Shown: in pieces, positions 21,875 through 35,373 of the stretch | Numbering within the stretch: the first letter of the stretch is position 1 | Layout: each line of letters begins with the position of its first letter | Source of the DNA: Leucoraja erinacea | Taxonomy: Eukaryota | Reading direction: 5' to 3' | DNA: 64,000 nucleotides | Assembly: GCF_028641065.1 (NCBI RefSeq) | Contig: NC_073380.1 | Location: 93,806,001 to 93,870,000, forward strand | Translations under genes and position numbers: made by a program | The notes under the pieces: model-generated | Told to the model about the DNA's origin: nothing | Database searches by the model: none | Seen by the model: only the letters and a program-made list of their open reading frames with translations

Positions 21875-24800
21875 TGCATATTCGGGAAAAAGATTAAACA
21901 TGTGGCAAATATGTTATTGCTGCCTTTGTATCGGGGAACGGGGAAAGTTGCAATTGAATAATTTGCAATTTCAATTTCATTTTTTTCCACTCTCTGCGAC
22001 GTGGGCTGATCAATACCGCATCACCCAGCTATCTTTCACTACTTGACGTGCTCATGAGATTGATTTCAAGGTGCTCAGATGATCTTCTAATGCGGTCATT
22101 GTTCCGAGCGCCAAATCCCTTCAGCTGTACCTGCAGCTGGAGCTATGGGTGGATTAGTAGACCTTGACGAGGCATTGACACTTTGTTTTTATGTAGAAGA
22201 GTCATAGAGGTAAAGTATGTGATTTGAAAGTAATATATCGTCTGCGGGGTGGAAAGAAAAGTACTCGACTTACTCGACACCGCTGCCAAAATGGCACTGT
22301 TAAATGTGCGAAGATAAAAAAAACTTTTAAAAAACTGCAAATAAACCGAAAAAAATACAGATTATCTGGTGATTTGTGTGTGGGAGTTTGTTGCGTGCGT
22401 TACGCAGGCAACCAGACGGTATTACTGTGTTTAAACAATAAATAAAATGTGCTTCTTGTAGTCGGGGGGGGGGAGGAGTGTGACAAGATAAAATTGTTAG
22501 TTGTCATGCACACTTGTCATCGGGCCACCGATGCATCCTTCAGCATCCAATCCTGGACCTTAAACGTGCCAATTTGCAACATTTGATCACAAACTGGTTC
22601 TTGTACTAGAAGACCACGATGTTTTGGGCAGCTCAAACTGCTCTTTGCACCATGTTGATAATCTTCCAGCTGTAATTAACGTCTGTCTTTGTGCACAGCT
22701 GAGAGAAACCCACAGAGCACAAAGTCCCGTGCAATGCTTTCCAAATCATCTTGGCAAAATGACATATGACAGATGGACAAGTGTGCCTTTGTTGGATCAA
22801 GAGGCAAATTGACAGCAGCCAAGTTAAGTTGTCGCTTCCCCTGTTTTTACTTCCGTCCTGTTGGTTAAAGCAGCCCCTGGTACATTTTTGCTCCATTTTA
22901 CCCAAAGGCCTTGGGTCCTTCTGAACACAGCTCACAATGGAAACAGAAAACTGTTAACATTTCTATAAATCATGAAAGCAGCAGATTATTAATGGCCTCT
23001 TACAAAAATGACCAAAAGCAACGAGTACTTAAATAAAAAGGATAATTCTCCAGGTCGGAATAACACTGCCTCACAGCCAATTCATTCCTTACGCCCCAGT
23101 TGTAATAAAAACTAGTCAAAAGCAATGTAGTAAGCCACACAAAATCAATTGTTTCCCCAAACCAAAAGCAGCACTGGCAGTGTATTTTTAGTTTAAATTA
23201 CAAGAGACAAACTTGCCTTTCAGAGATTTTCTTTACAATAATTGATTGGTTACAGGAAATCTATATAAATGATGTACAGTTCATTGTTGGAATTATTTGG
23301 TTTTCTATTGCTAAGAAAATAGCATTTGATTAGTACTTGTGAAGTCCACATCTACCAAATACTTCCACCATTATTTTGCACAAATATCCCCCCCTCCCAT
23401 AAGAAAATATATGTGGGTACAATTTGAAGATAAAGTATCAGTACATCTATTGTTATTTTGCTGGTTATAATATTAAATGAACTAGGTCAACAGAACATTG
23501 TTATCATCTTTTGCAGAACCATAATTGATATCAAATGGTCTTATCCCTCCCCAAACATGCTACTCGGACAACCTATCTGATGTAGATGTAGTCAGTGGTA
23601 GTGATTATATCCATCCACCAAAAGCAGTCTAACCTTGTATTTGTTAGAGTACACAGCATCAACAATGCATTAAGTGGCCTTTCATTGCTTAGTACTGCAC
23701 ATGGCAGCTGGCTTTTCTGGAAAGTAACTTGGAGCAAAGCAGTATTGACATTGGTTTTTGAATCAACAGGTCATTTTCCCTTGCTCGATCACTGCAGGTC
23801 AAAAGGTATTTGGGCAATGCGCAAGTGAACCACAAAAGCAAGGAGCTCTATTTGCAAAAGCTTCGTCTGTTCAGCCTAATGCTGCTTAGAACATATTTCT
23901 AACCATCTGTGGGATACATCAGCAATCACAACCAGTTTGATTTAAAATGCACAAGGTCATCAACATTTGTTTTGCGGTTGGAGCCTAAATGTTCTTTTTG
24001 TTACACTCTTCAAACAGCTGTTTGGGTCTTTTATTAAGACAAGCAAACCTTGACGAACAGGATAATTCAATTCCAAAACAAAGCACAAAATCTACTGGGA
24101 GACTAAAGTTGCCTTAAAATAAACCATACTGGTGGCAGTCATGTGGCGAAATAATATATGAAATAACTTACTATTTGTGGAATTTAACTGCAAACATTTT
24201 CCAGCTATAAAATATTTGAAAAAAGCTGTTTTTTGTCTCAGAATTAAAATCAAAAAGACAAATGCTCCGAATGTGACACCAAACTCACTTGCATTCAGTC
24301 GTAATTTATTCTGCTGACTAAAATAGCTTTTTTCCGACCAAGAAAACAAGGCCTGTTGATGTCAAAAAGCAATTAACTTCACTTTACATTCGTGGATTAT
24401 TACAATTAGGCAGGTCAGTTAATTATACAAACCAGATCTTGTACTTCAGCACATTCCTAGAGGTCAATTTCTTAACATGAATAATTGTTTATTGGTATTA
24501 TCATTATTTTAATAAATCAACTTTTGACCTTTATGAATAATATTTCTGATTTTTCAGAAATTACAAAAGAAATTTCATGGACCCCTCTCCTCCAGGCTTA
24601 GGATAAATTCTTACCATCATTCTGATCTTTATCATTAGCTAGCCATACATGCATACATGCCCAATGGTAAATCGACTCACAGTAATTGCCCTTATTTCAA
24701 AGTCCCAAGCACAATTAATAAAGTATTTGTACAGAATATATTGTCCTTTCTACAAAGGCCCTGGTACTGCAGATATCCATTTCTAGATACTCATCACCCT

Positions 24801-24904
24801 AGGATTTAGAAATCCTGATTGATTGACATTCTGGTGCCAGTCTATCTTAGAATAATGGGGAGGTTAAAGAACAGCACCTCACAGACATAATGGTCAAAAT
24901 GATT

Positions 24905-25182
24905 GAAAGATACAGCATGGAAATAGGCCCTTTGAGACCACGATCATCAATTGACATTAGTTCTAATATCCCAGTTTCTCATCCATTCTCTACACACACA
25001 GGTCAATTTAGAGGCCAATTAACTTACAAACCCCCATGGATGTGGGAGGAAACCAGAGCATCTGGAGGAAACTCATGCAGTCACAGGAAGAATGTACAAA
25101 CTTCATACAGTTAGCACCCGAGGTCAGGATCGATCACGGGTCTACAGTGCTGTAAGGTAGCAGCTCTACCTTATGTTCCACA
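24905..25182 (-). mobile_element. Degenerate V-SINE
   Basis: tgtgggaggaaaccagagc...gtacaaact...aggtcaggatcga, colinear with 8866-9190. Confidence 0.7.
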
Positions 25183-26267
25183 TGATATTCAGGTTATTAT
25201 CTGACTAATGTTTTAGATGAGGCAGTCAGGCAAACATCTTCACTTATCTGGACCAGATAATTTAAGGACTAGAGACAGAGGTTAACAAACCTCGGCTAAC
25301 ATACCAATCAGATATCATTTGCCTGAATAATACATAACGTTTTCACTATTTCGGTACAAATGGCAGTAACAAACCATGCTTGAACCATGCAGCTTGTGAC
25401 TTTCCAGTTATTAATTCTAACTACTCTAATATCAAGCACATTCTCTTTGGCATAAGACTATTTGACACAAGCTTCTGTTTCACATAGGTCCATTATTTAA
25501 AAGTTCAAAACTGAGTTCTGACAAAAACTGGGGCAATGTACAATGGCATTGATTAAGAGAAGAAGGGGAAGCATACAAGATCGTAATTGTACCTCAACGT
25601 GCTTTACGCTCTGGCTAAACCTGCTTATTTGTGCACTAAATATTTATAATATACCACAAACACATCAAAGTGTGTAATGTGGTTCACCCTGTACCACTGG
25701 AGGTCTGATTATAATTTGACATAACAGCAAGAGGCTGGCTGCAAAGAATGCTGCTTTGGAAAGCGTTTCATACTGAAGCGGAATTTTAAACAGGAATTTG
25801 TTGGAACAAGATTTCTGCACGTAGACAAGGGGCCACGGAAGGGATATCAAAGCAAGTATCAGCAATAAAACCTGTAGCTCTTGAAAATAAATTGGGCAGA
25901 TTTCAAAACAATTTTGCTATTATTGTGAAATAATTCAAAACAAGACCAATATTTGCCTATTTGGAAATATTATGTTTTACACAAATGTTAATATTACAGC
26001 TGATGTTTAGATACATGTAATTACTTTTTAATTATTATGAATGATCAACAATTCATAGTCAGTTGACATTTACAAGACTAGAAATCTGGCACTTTGCATT
26101 CTTCATCCACTAAACCTTTAGACACAATTTAACAAATTTAAGGATGCACAATATTGTATTGAGCTGTGGAAATAAAATGAAGTACAAACAGGAACATCTC
26201 AGAACTGTTGTCTGGCATGGGAGAAGGTGTTTATTAAAAAGATTGAGTGACTCCATATTCAATTAAA

Positions 26268-26718
26268 GGTATAGAAAAATGCTGGAGAAACTCAGCGGGT
26301 GAGGTAGCATCTATGAAGCAAAGGAATAAGTGATGTTTCGTGTCGAGACCCTTCTTCAGACTGATGTGGGGGTGGGGGGGGCGGGAAGAAGAAAGGAAGA
26401 GTCGGAGACAGTGGGCTGAGGGAGAGCTGGGAAGGAGAGGGGAAGAGGGAGAAAGCAAGGACTAACTGAAATTGGAGAAGTCAATGTTCATACGGCTGGG
26501 GTGTAAACTACCCAAGCGAAATATGAGGTGCTGCTCCACCAATTTACAGTGGGACTCACTCTGGCCATGGAGGAGGCCCAGGCCAGAAAGGTCGGATTCA
26601 GAATGGGAGGAGGAGATGAAGTGCTGAGTCACCGGGAGATCAGGTTGGTTATTGCGAACTGAGCAGAGGTGTTGGGCAAAGCGATTGCCAAGCCTATGCT
26701 TGTTCCCACCGATGTAGA
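26268..26718 (-). mobile_element. Penelope-like element 3' fragment: GIY-YIG endonuclease C-terminus and terminal repeat
   Basis: 26716->26462 reads YIGGNKHRLGNRFAQHLCSVRNNQPDLPVTQHF...EQHLIFRLGSLHPSRMNIDFSNFS* without internal stops; followed by a pyrimidine tract and hammerhead core (26330-26364). Confidence 0.9.
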
Positions 26719-27599
26719 ATCTTACTTTAATTTAAAAAAAAATTGAATTGGCAGTAATATTGCACCAATTTTAAATATATAAAGCATGAACAGGAAATAA
26801 AAATGTTTCAGGATGCAGATTGATTTTTATTAAATGCTGGCAGTTCTCCATCTACTTTGTATAGCATAATGGACAATTAAAGTACAGTGCTCAATTTATT
26901 ATATCACCTTACCATTGTTTATCAGCTATATAATTTCCAGCCATTTATCCGGTTTTTGCTGCTGATCTATTCCTAACTGCATCTAAAATTCAACAACTCT
27001 CACAAGCCCAAGGTGCTAGTGCCAAGCAACAAGCCCATGAGACAGGCCAGCTTCCAATTGTGTCACAAGTAGGCAAAGTAAACCATACGCAAACTTCTAT
27101 GAAACCCAGCAAAACCTGGGCCATCAATTCTGGTTATATTGTGCTCACTTATATCCATTATATCCAACTTGCCTGGACAAAAAAAAAAAATTACCAATTT
27201 TAACCTTTTCTAACAAGCATTTTCCCCAAACGTGCTGGTCTGAGGGAGAAATTGGTGAATAGCGCAGCCTTCTAAAAAAAATGATTGTTATAAAACTTTA
27301 ACTGACATACCAAATATGTTAAGAATAGAAACAGAAGGTGAGTTTTCAATGGTATCTCTCAGTTTTAAGACAAAAATTAAAAAACAATTTGTATGACACT
27401 TTGCCAACACAAAAGGTGCAATAGAAACCAATCCTACACAAAGTTCCATGTTTGATACACTTGAAGAATACTTTAAAATTAACAATCTGCAAATATAACC
27501 ATAACTCAATGATTAAAATTAACAATGATGATTCCTTTAAAATATTAAATCACATTTACTTTCATTGCAAGATAAATAGAAATTGGCATGAGAAAAGAA

Positions 27600-27930
27600 A
27601 ATACAGCATTGTGGTGCAGATACTGCCTCATGACTCCAGCAACTTGGGTTCAATCCTGACCTGTGGTGCAGTGCGGAGTTTACAAAACTCTCCTTGCCAC
27701 CATTGAATTTCTTCTGGGAGTTCTAGTTTCCTTTGACATACCAAAGGCATTTGAGTTTGTAGATTAAATTGCCAGTTAAAGCTGCCCCAGTGTATTGGTG
27801 AGTGATAAGGGGAAGGATGGTAGCGAATACATGGGAAAGTGGGAACAAGAAAAAAAGGGATTAGTGTAAATGGGTGCATGATGTTTGGTGTGGACTCGGT
27901 GGGCCAAAGGGATTGTTTACTTGTTGTATG
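27600..27930 (+). mobile_element. Degenerate V-SINE
   Basis: B-box gggttcaatcctgac, tail ggactcggtgggccaaaggg. Confidence 0.7.
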
Positions 27931-29244
27931 AATATTATTCTGAAGGCATAAAAATGAGAGATCTGCCTCAAAATAAATGAAAATTTATTCTGCTAAATTT
28001 GTATAAGAAAATTATAAGCAGTTGAATAAGGGGTGGGAATTATTAAGCATTGGTTTATTCCTGCTCCTTTCGGACATACATGATTCATTTATTTATAAAT
28101 ATTGTTTATGGCGCTTTATAAATATTCTTGTTTTGTTTTTTGTTGTTGTTTGTATGCTGTTTCACACTTGCTTTTTATTTTTTAGTCTGTTTGAAGGATT
28201 TATTATTATTATAAAACTTCAGATATCACTGCTTTGATGCAGCCAATGAGTACTGGGAGCAGGAGGTTCAAATTATAGAGATCAACGTACTGCAATGCAC
28301 TAGCCAGTCTTAATGTGTTTCAATATATGTTAGGTCTGTGGTGAAGCAAGATTTGGAATTAATGTTTGTCAAGACCAGCTTCACTACATTACATACTCAC
28401 AGCAAAGTATGTACAAACCATTCAGCCAAGGATTTGAAACTACACTGACAGACCTCTGGGACTCAAGAATATTCAACAGCTGCAGTTAATATAATGCATT
28501 CTCAGAAGCTTTATTTAATTCACCAAAAATAGCTCTAGTAGCACCAGTTGCCAGCCAAATGTTACATTTCAACTTTGAATGTTTGCTTCACTGTAATTTG
28601 AACAAAAGTGAGACACAAAAGTGGGACCATCTCTAGTAACTTCCTATCTTGTTCAAACACAACTCCAATATGATAGAAGGCAACTTTGGATGAATGTAGA
28701 TTTTGCCCCCAGCATGCACTATGCCGCAAATGATCAAAACATTGTCTCTAAACATGCAACATATCTTTTTGACCAGTAAATACAGTTTCTACTTGCACCA
28801 AGAGCAAAGCATTGCCACATGGATATGGCACAAAATTTAAAATATGATTGCAGCAAAGTTAGTGCACTGGCAATCATTGTTCTCGATTTGGAACTTGTTT
28901 TCAGCCATTGGCAAAATTAGAGGACAGTAACTTGTGTGGTTACAAGCAAATACAGTTTCAAATTAAAATCATGTCCTGAAAAAGATATCAATTTTAATCA
29001 GCTTGTCCTGCTTTTAATGGCCAACTAGTGGCTTTTAGTGGCCACTTGCTCTTTACCTAATATGACTATATCCAAGAGTTAAAGTCTGGCATAAAAGTAC
29101 CAGACATAAAAAACAAGACCAAATACTCAATACCATGCAACAATGTTAAAATAAGTGCATTTGAAGCGGATTACCTGCATTTATAGCATTGTATTATTTT
29201 CAAAATTTCAGTGTCTTAAATATTTAAAGAACATTGAACAGTTT

Positions 29245-30250
29245 AGCACAAGAATTGGTCCTTCGTCCCACAATATCTGTGCCAAACATGATGCAAAGAC
29301 CAACTCTTATATGCCTGCACATAATCCATATCCAAGCATATCCCTACGACTATCAAAAGTCTCTTAAATGCCACTATCGTATCTGCCTCCTCCACCGCAG
29401 CGCGTTCCCAGCACTCATCACTGTAAAAAAACGTTGTCCCTCTCGCCTTAAAGCCATCTCCCTTTGTATATAATTTTTTACGCCCTGTGAAAAGGATTCT
29501 TACTGTCTACCCTATCTATGCCTTTCATAGTTTTATATCCTTCTATCAGTTCTGAATCCATACGGCCAACTCACTATTAATCCCACGCATTTTAATCTTC
29601 TGGATCAGCATACCAGGGGAACCTTATCAAATGCCTTACTAAAATCCATGTAGAACATCCACCACTTTTCCTGCATCGATCACCTTCATCACTTCCTCAA
29701 AAAAATTGATCAAATTAATACAACACGACTTGCTCAGTACAAAGCCATGCTGACGTTGTCTAATTAAAGCATGCTCTTCAAAATGAGAATAAATCCTATC
29801 CTAAAGAATCCTCTCCAGCGGCTTTCCAGGATCTCATGTGAGACTCACCAGCCTATTATTCCCTGAATTCTTTCTACTTCCCTTCTTAAATAAAGGAGCA
29901 CCATTTTGCCTCTCCAGTCATTCGGGACCTTGCCTGTGGCTTCAGGCACGAAGATCTTCATCAGGGCTCCTGCAATCTCATCTCTTGACTCTCTAAATAA
30001 TCTTGGATAGATCCCAATCATGTCCTGGGGATTTACCCACCTTAATGCTCCTTAAAAGCCACACCCCCACCTCCATAATCTCAAAATCCCCTTGCATATT
30101 AGCATTCAATTAAAGTTGAATCTGAATCTGATTCTCCACATTGATCTCCCTGTCTACCAATGTTCTTCTTGGTGAAAAGGGGTGCAAAGTACTAGTTTAG
30201 TACCTTGCCTACATCATAGTCTGAGCATAGACTCCCTCATTTATTCATGA
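29245..30250 (-). mobile_element. Degenerate CR1 fragments
   Basis: accttatcaaatgccttactaaaatccat (MDFSKAFDKV on minus strand) and 3' UTR similarity. Confidence 0.7.
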
Positions 30251-30950
30251 GGTTTTACAGTAAGATTTTTTAACAATGCATCATATGTTCTATAAACACT
30301 TGGCTATAATACTTGGTTTGAATGTGTATAAAGTAAAAACTCCTATACACAAACAAATATATTTGCAGCACTATCTAAAAGCTTTATTGCATATCTACTT
30401 AACCTTGCCCAAGTCCCAAGCGTCTAATTTACAATCAAACTGCACAATTTAGGTTCTGTAGTTATAGTATAAATGTAATCTCAAAGAGCCATCTTGGTCC
30501 ACTTCCCTGTACTGCGATAATGCAATTTGTAGATATATGTGGAACTTCCAAACTAAAAATACATTAGGGTTAAATTTCAACAAAAAAATACATATAGTAT
30601 GAAATAGAATGTTTATACAATGGAATTGCTTTCTTAAAAATAATTTGAAGGTTAAGGGGAACATCCAGATTAGAATAAAAGGCCAAAGATTATATGCTCT
30701 GAGCATCTTCTTGATGTTTGCAGGATCCAAGCCAAAAACCTAAAATAGCATTTTCTCAATGTCTTCTGACAGACTCAAGCTACCAACAAAATCAGAACCT
30801 ATGTGTGCTAGGGAACAAATGTGCAGATCTTGGGGTGGAAATAATACTATAAGCCATGAGAGCCCATGTTACTCCAAAGTACTCCAGAAGCAACATAACT
30901 GTTTCATTAACAGGCACAACAAAGTAGCATGCTGTTCAAACAATGTAGAC

Positions 30951-31165
30951 CAGGGCCGTCTTAACAGCATTATAGGTCCCCGGGCAAAGCAGCGCTCTGG
31001 GGCCCCTACGCTTCCAATTTCTTTATGGCGAATCAAATATGCTGTCATGCACTTGCGATGTTATTCTCCGTTTTCATGTTCTACAATAACATTCTACAAT
31101 ACATAGATTCTGCTCGTGGGGCCCCGGGCAACTGCCCAGCGTGCCCATGCATTAAGACGGCCATG
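30951..31165. mobile_element. hAT MITE
   Basis: TIRs cagggccgtcttaa / ttaagacggccatg; perfect 8-bp TSD ATGTAGAC (30943-30950, 31166-31173). Confidence 0.9.
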
Positions 31166-31304
31166 ATGTAGACAAGTCCGATGAGAGGCTGTAGCATAAG
31201 ATCTTAATTCTGTTTTGTGTTCAATGGATCAAAGAACCACATTCTTGGTGATGATCATTTCCTTGTGGTTCTAAAATTCTCCTACCTACTCAGTAGAATA
31301 ATTT

Positions 31305-31342
31305 ATTTATCTATCTATCTATCCATTTATTTGTGTGTGTGT

Positions 31343-31386
<44 letters not shown>
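31305..31386. repeat. Compound microsatellite (TATC)n-(TG)n
   Basis: Direct reading. Confidence 0.9.
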
Positions 31387-31388
<2 letters not shown>

Positions 31389-32706
31389 CTGTTAGATCTA
31401 TTTTTTCCATTTGAGTTTTTTTCCTCACATCTCATCTTTATCACAACTGCTCCTCCCCCAACATGCAGCTGTTTGTGAACTTGTTTACTGCATTCTAAAT
31501 AGAACATTTATTTTTATAATATTTTATATTTTTATTTTATTTTTATTTTTAGGAAAAGCAACTAGGGAATACAGATCAAGAAGAAATGTTAATTTTTAAA
31601 TATAGTGATAATTATTCATCACATGTCAGCTTCAGTCATCTACAGATTTTACCTGGTACTATAATACTTTTACGGTTTCGTACCTTACTCAAGTGTTCAA
31701 AAATAAATCAAGTAATTGCAACACTTTCATAATGTATGTTGAAATAATGCAAGGTTGTGGTAAAAATATTCCAGTCTTTATTTTAGAAAAGCAGTATCTT
31801 AATTTTATCACATCAACTGCCCTTTACATTGAGACTACATTTTGATTTTAACTCCCAAATCGCCAATATAGTTTCAAAATGCATCAGGGACAGTGTCTGT
31901 CACTTGATCTGTATCAAAACAGTCCATTTTCTCTCAAACAGTCCCTTGAGACTCCAAATTTAAGATGATTGATGAGGCCAATGTGGGACTATGCAAAGTC
32001 TACCACAGGTGGCACAGGAACTACTTGTTGGAAATGGCAGGTGGGTAGTTTGGGAGATGAAGCATGTCTTTCACTGTTTACACTGGGCTACTGTGTGCTC
32101 CTGATGAATGGAGATTAGATCTTCGTCGCCATTCCGATTTCTCCTCTGCCCTTTTGAGTGGTCATTAGCCACGAGCTAGTTGGAATGTTGCACATTTCCA
32201 AGGAGACTGAAAGCACTCTCGAATAGTCTTCAAGTAATTCTCTCACCAGGATAGAGCTCAGAATAGAAAGCAGGCTTCAGAATCTGCAGAATCAAATTGC
32301 CAAAAGCTAAAATTCCAAATTTTAAAAAGCTGAAAATGCATTAGTCAAGCCCTGTAGGTCTTGTCAAGATCCAGTTGTTCTAATGTGATAAATTTGCCTT
32401 TTGAGAATCATTTATAAGTTATCTACCTTTCTCATTTGTTGCTCAGCTGATAGTATCCTTCCCGCAGGGAATTCATATATATTTTCAATTGGATTTGAAT
32501 GAAGTAGTCACTATCTTTTGATACAATGCCACATGCACCAGCAATTGTCAAAATGGCCTGATTTTAACATTGTGCACAGTGTTTTGAATAAAAATTACCT
32601 ACTATCTGGAAGTGGTATTTCAAATGTTGTGTAACAAAGAAAAGGCCAGTCTTCTTTTTAAGACATTAAAAACCTGCAATAAAAATGTTTGTGCAAACAA
32701 AAGTGT

Positions 32707-33792
32707 GAAAAATTAGAGCACATGGTATTGGGGGTAGGGTATTGACATAGATAGGGAACTGGTTGGCAGACAGGAAACAAACATTAACTGGTCCTTTTCA
32801 GAATGACAGGCAGTGACTAGTGGGGTGCCGCAAGGCTGTTATTTACAATATATATTAACGATTAAGATAAAGGAATTAAATGTAACATCTCCAAGTTTGC
32901 GTATGACACAAAGTTGGGTGACAGTGTGAGCTGTGAGAGGATGCTATGAGGCAGCAGGGTGACTTGGATAGGTTGGGTGAGTGAGCAGGTGCAGTATAAT
33001 GTGGATATATGTGAGGTTATCCGCTTTGGTGGCAAGAACAAGGCAACAAATTATCTGAATGATGTCAGAGTAGGAAAAGGGGAGATACAATGATACTGGG
33101 TGTCCTTGTACAGCAGTCACTGAAAGCAAGCATGCAGGCAGGCACAGCAGGCAGTGAACAAAGCAAATGGCATGTTGGCGAGAGGATCAGAATATAGGAG
33201 CAAGGAGGTCCTACTACAGTTGTACAGGGCCCTGGTGAGACCACACCTGTAGTATTGTGTGCAGTTTTGGTCTCCTAATTTGAGGAAGGACATTATTGCG
33301 ATTGAGGGATATCTGCAGCGTAGATTCACCAGGTTAATTCCCGGGACGGCGGGACTGACATATGATGAAAGAATGGATCGAATGGGCTTGTAATTACTGG
33401 AATTTTGAAGGATGAGAGGGCATCTTATAGAAATATACAATTCGTAAGGGATTGGTCAGGCTAGATGCAAGAAAAATATCCCCCATGTTGGGAGAGTCTA
33501 GAACCAGGGGGTCACAGTTTAAGAATAAGGGGTAGGCCATTTAGGTCTGAGAGTTGTGAAACACCCAGAGAGTTGTGAATCTGTGGAATTATCTGCCACA
33601 GATGACAGTGGAGGCCAATTTACTGGTTGTATTCAAGAGATATAGCTCTTTGGGCTAACATAATCAAGGGATATGGGGAAAAAGCAGGAACAGGGTACAG
33701 ATTCTGGATGATCAGCCATGACCATATTGAATGGTGGAGCTGGCTCGAAGGGCCGAATAGCCTACTCCTGCACCTACTTTCTACGTTTCTAT
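32707..33792 (+). mobile_element. CR1 LINE RT C-terminus to 3' end
   Basis: VTSGVPQG, ISKFAYDTKLG, LQLYRALVRPHL.YCVQFWSPNLRKD; tail ggccgaatagcctactcctgcacctac. Confidence 0.9.
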
Positions 33793-34547
33793 GAATACAG
33801 ACCAGCAATACATTTATTTTAATAAAGCACCAATAAGCAAATGTTGGACATGTGAAATTAAAAGTGCTCAGGCGGCTGGGCAGCATTTGTGGAGAAAGGA
33901 CAATATTTCAAATCATGGCACTTCAGGAAGAATGTTCCATTCAACAGTCAGTTCTCCAGTTTTTGTGCTGCTGCACAGGCAAGAACCCATTTTGTGCGCA
34001 ATATTGCAAATTCTGTTACAGCCCTATTCTTTCTGGTTTCCCCATTTCCAATATTTGGACTGGAAACTTATTAAATTGCTGCTAAAAAAGAGATCAAATA
34101 ATGTCACAATCTTGAAGGTTACTGTGAAGACATATCACCAAAGTCTATAAATATAAGCAATTTAACAACTATAAAACAAAGAGGTTTATAGAAAATGGGA
34201 GAAAAAGAGGGCTCATTATAAGTTACTGTCTTACCAAATGGCTAAAAGGACACCTCTTGAAAATAGACATAGCAGGCCTGGACACGAGTTCACACTGCAA
34301 AACTAAATTTGGCAGAAAATCTCATAGGCGAAGTATGAATGATGAGGTAAATAGAAATGTTATACTGGTTTAACGGACCTTGCGGTCAGACACCAAGTTA
34401 CAATTTAGAGCAGAGAGAGAAATATATTGCACCTGTTCCTAAAATGATCGATTTAGTCATAATACACCAACAGCAACATCCTCCATTCTTTCAAGATGAT
34501 AATTCTACATGTTTGGTTTGTTTAAACAAAAAATGCATTCAACGTTC

Positions 34548-35050
34548 ATACGATACGATAGAACTTTATTTATCCAAGGAGGGAAATTGATCTGCCAACA
34601 AAATACGTGAAATTAAAGTGATGAGTGGAAAGGATTGGGGATGTGCAAAGATTGGGGAGGGGCAGGGGGATGGGGAGTCAGTCTCATTCTACTCACGACA
34701 GAAGGGGGAGGAGTTGTACAGTTTGATAGCCGCAGGGAAGAAGGATCTCCTGTCTCTTGGTGGAACCAGCCTGTTGCTGAAACTACTCCTCAGATTAAAC
34801 AGTTAGTCATGGAGGGGGTGAGCTGTATTTTCCAGGATGTTCCGCAGTTTGAGCATCCTCCCCTCCAAGACCACCTCCCATGAATCCAATTGCCCCCAGG
34901 TTGGAGGCAGCCTTCCTGATGAGTTTTGTTGATCCTATTGGTGTCCAAAGCCCTTGCCCAGCTGCCCCAGCACACGGGGCACTGGCTACCACAGATTGGT
35001 AGACATCTACAGTATCGTACTACATACATTGAAGGAGCGGAGCCATCTTA
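34548..35050 (-). mobile_element. Rex1/Babar 3' fragment with (CGATA)n tail
   Basis: Minus-strand VCWGS...DTNRINKLIRKAAS-like frames; tail catacgatacgatagaactttatt. Confidence 0.65.
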
Positions 35051-35373
35051 AAAAGGTGTTTGTTCTCAGCATGCACATATTCAGCATGCATATATTCAGC
35101 ATTCTCAGCATGCATATATCTTGAAATGCAGTTGCTGAACAACCATATTTTCATTCTATTCCTGCCCTTCGGTTGGCCACAAAATCTGGTTTCCTCCAGT
35201 TTTTCTGAAGCACATCTTCTGCAGAGTCTGTGATGTCTCCAAATGATTTACATTAATTGTCTTTCTGGTCAGAGCATTTACCGTATTGCCCGGCAATGAA
35301 GACGCACCCCCACCTTGAGTTGCTAAATTTTGAAGAAAGGCTGGCGGGACAGGATCAAGGGTTTGGCTTATTC

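Noticed and set aside
20459-21990. ORFs spanning N runs
   Set aside because: Artefacts of assembly gaps.
23795-23902. Possible + strand exon VKRYLGNAQVNHKSKELYLQKLRLF
   Set aside because: No donor site, runs into a stop, no recognisable protein.
35066-35118. Tandem cagcatgcatatatt units with GCATG motifs
   Set aside because: Short local slippage at a LINE junction; no nearby exon to regulate.
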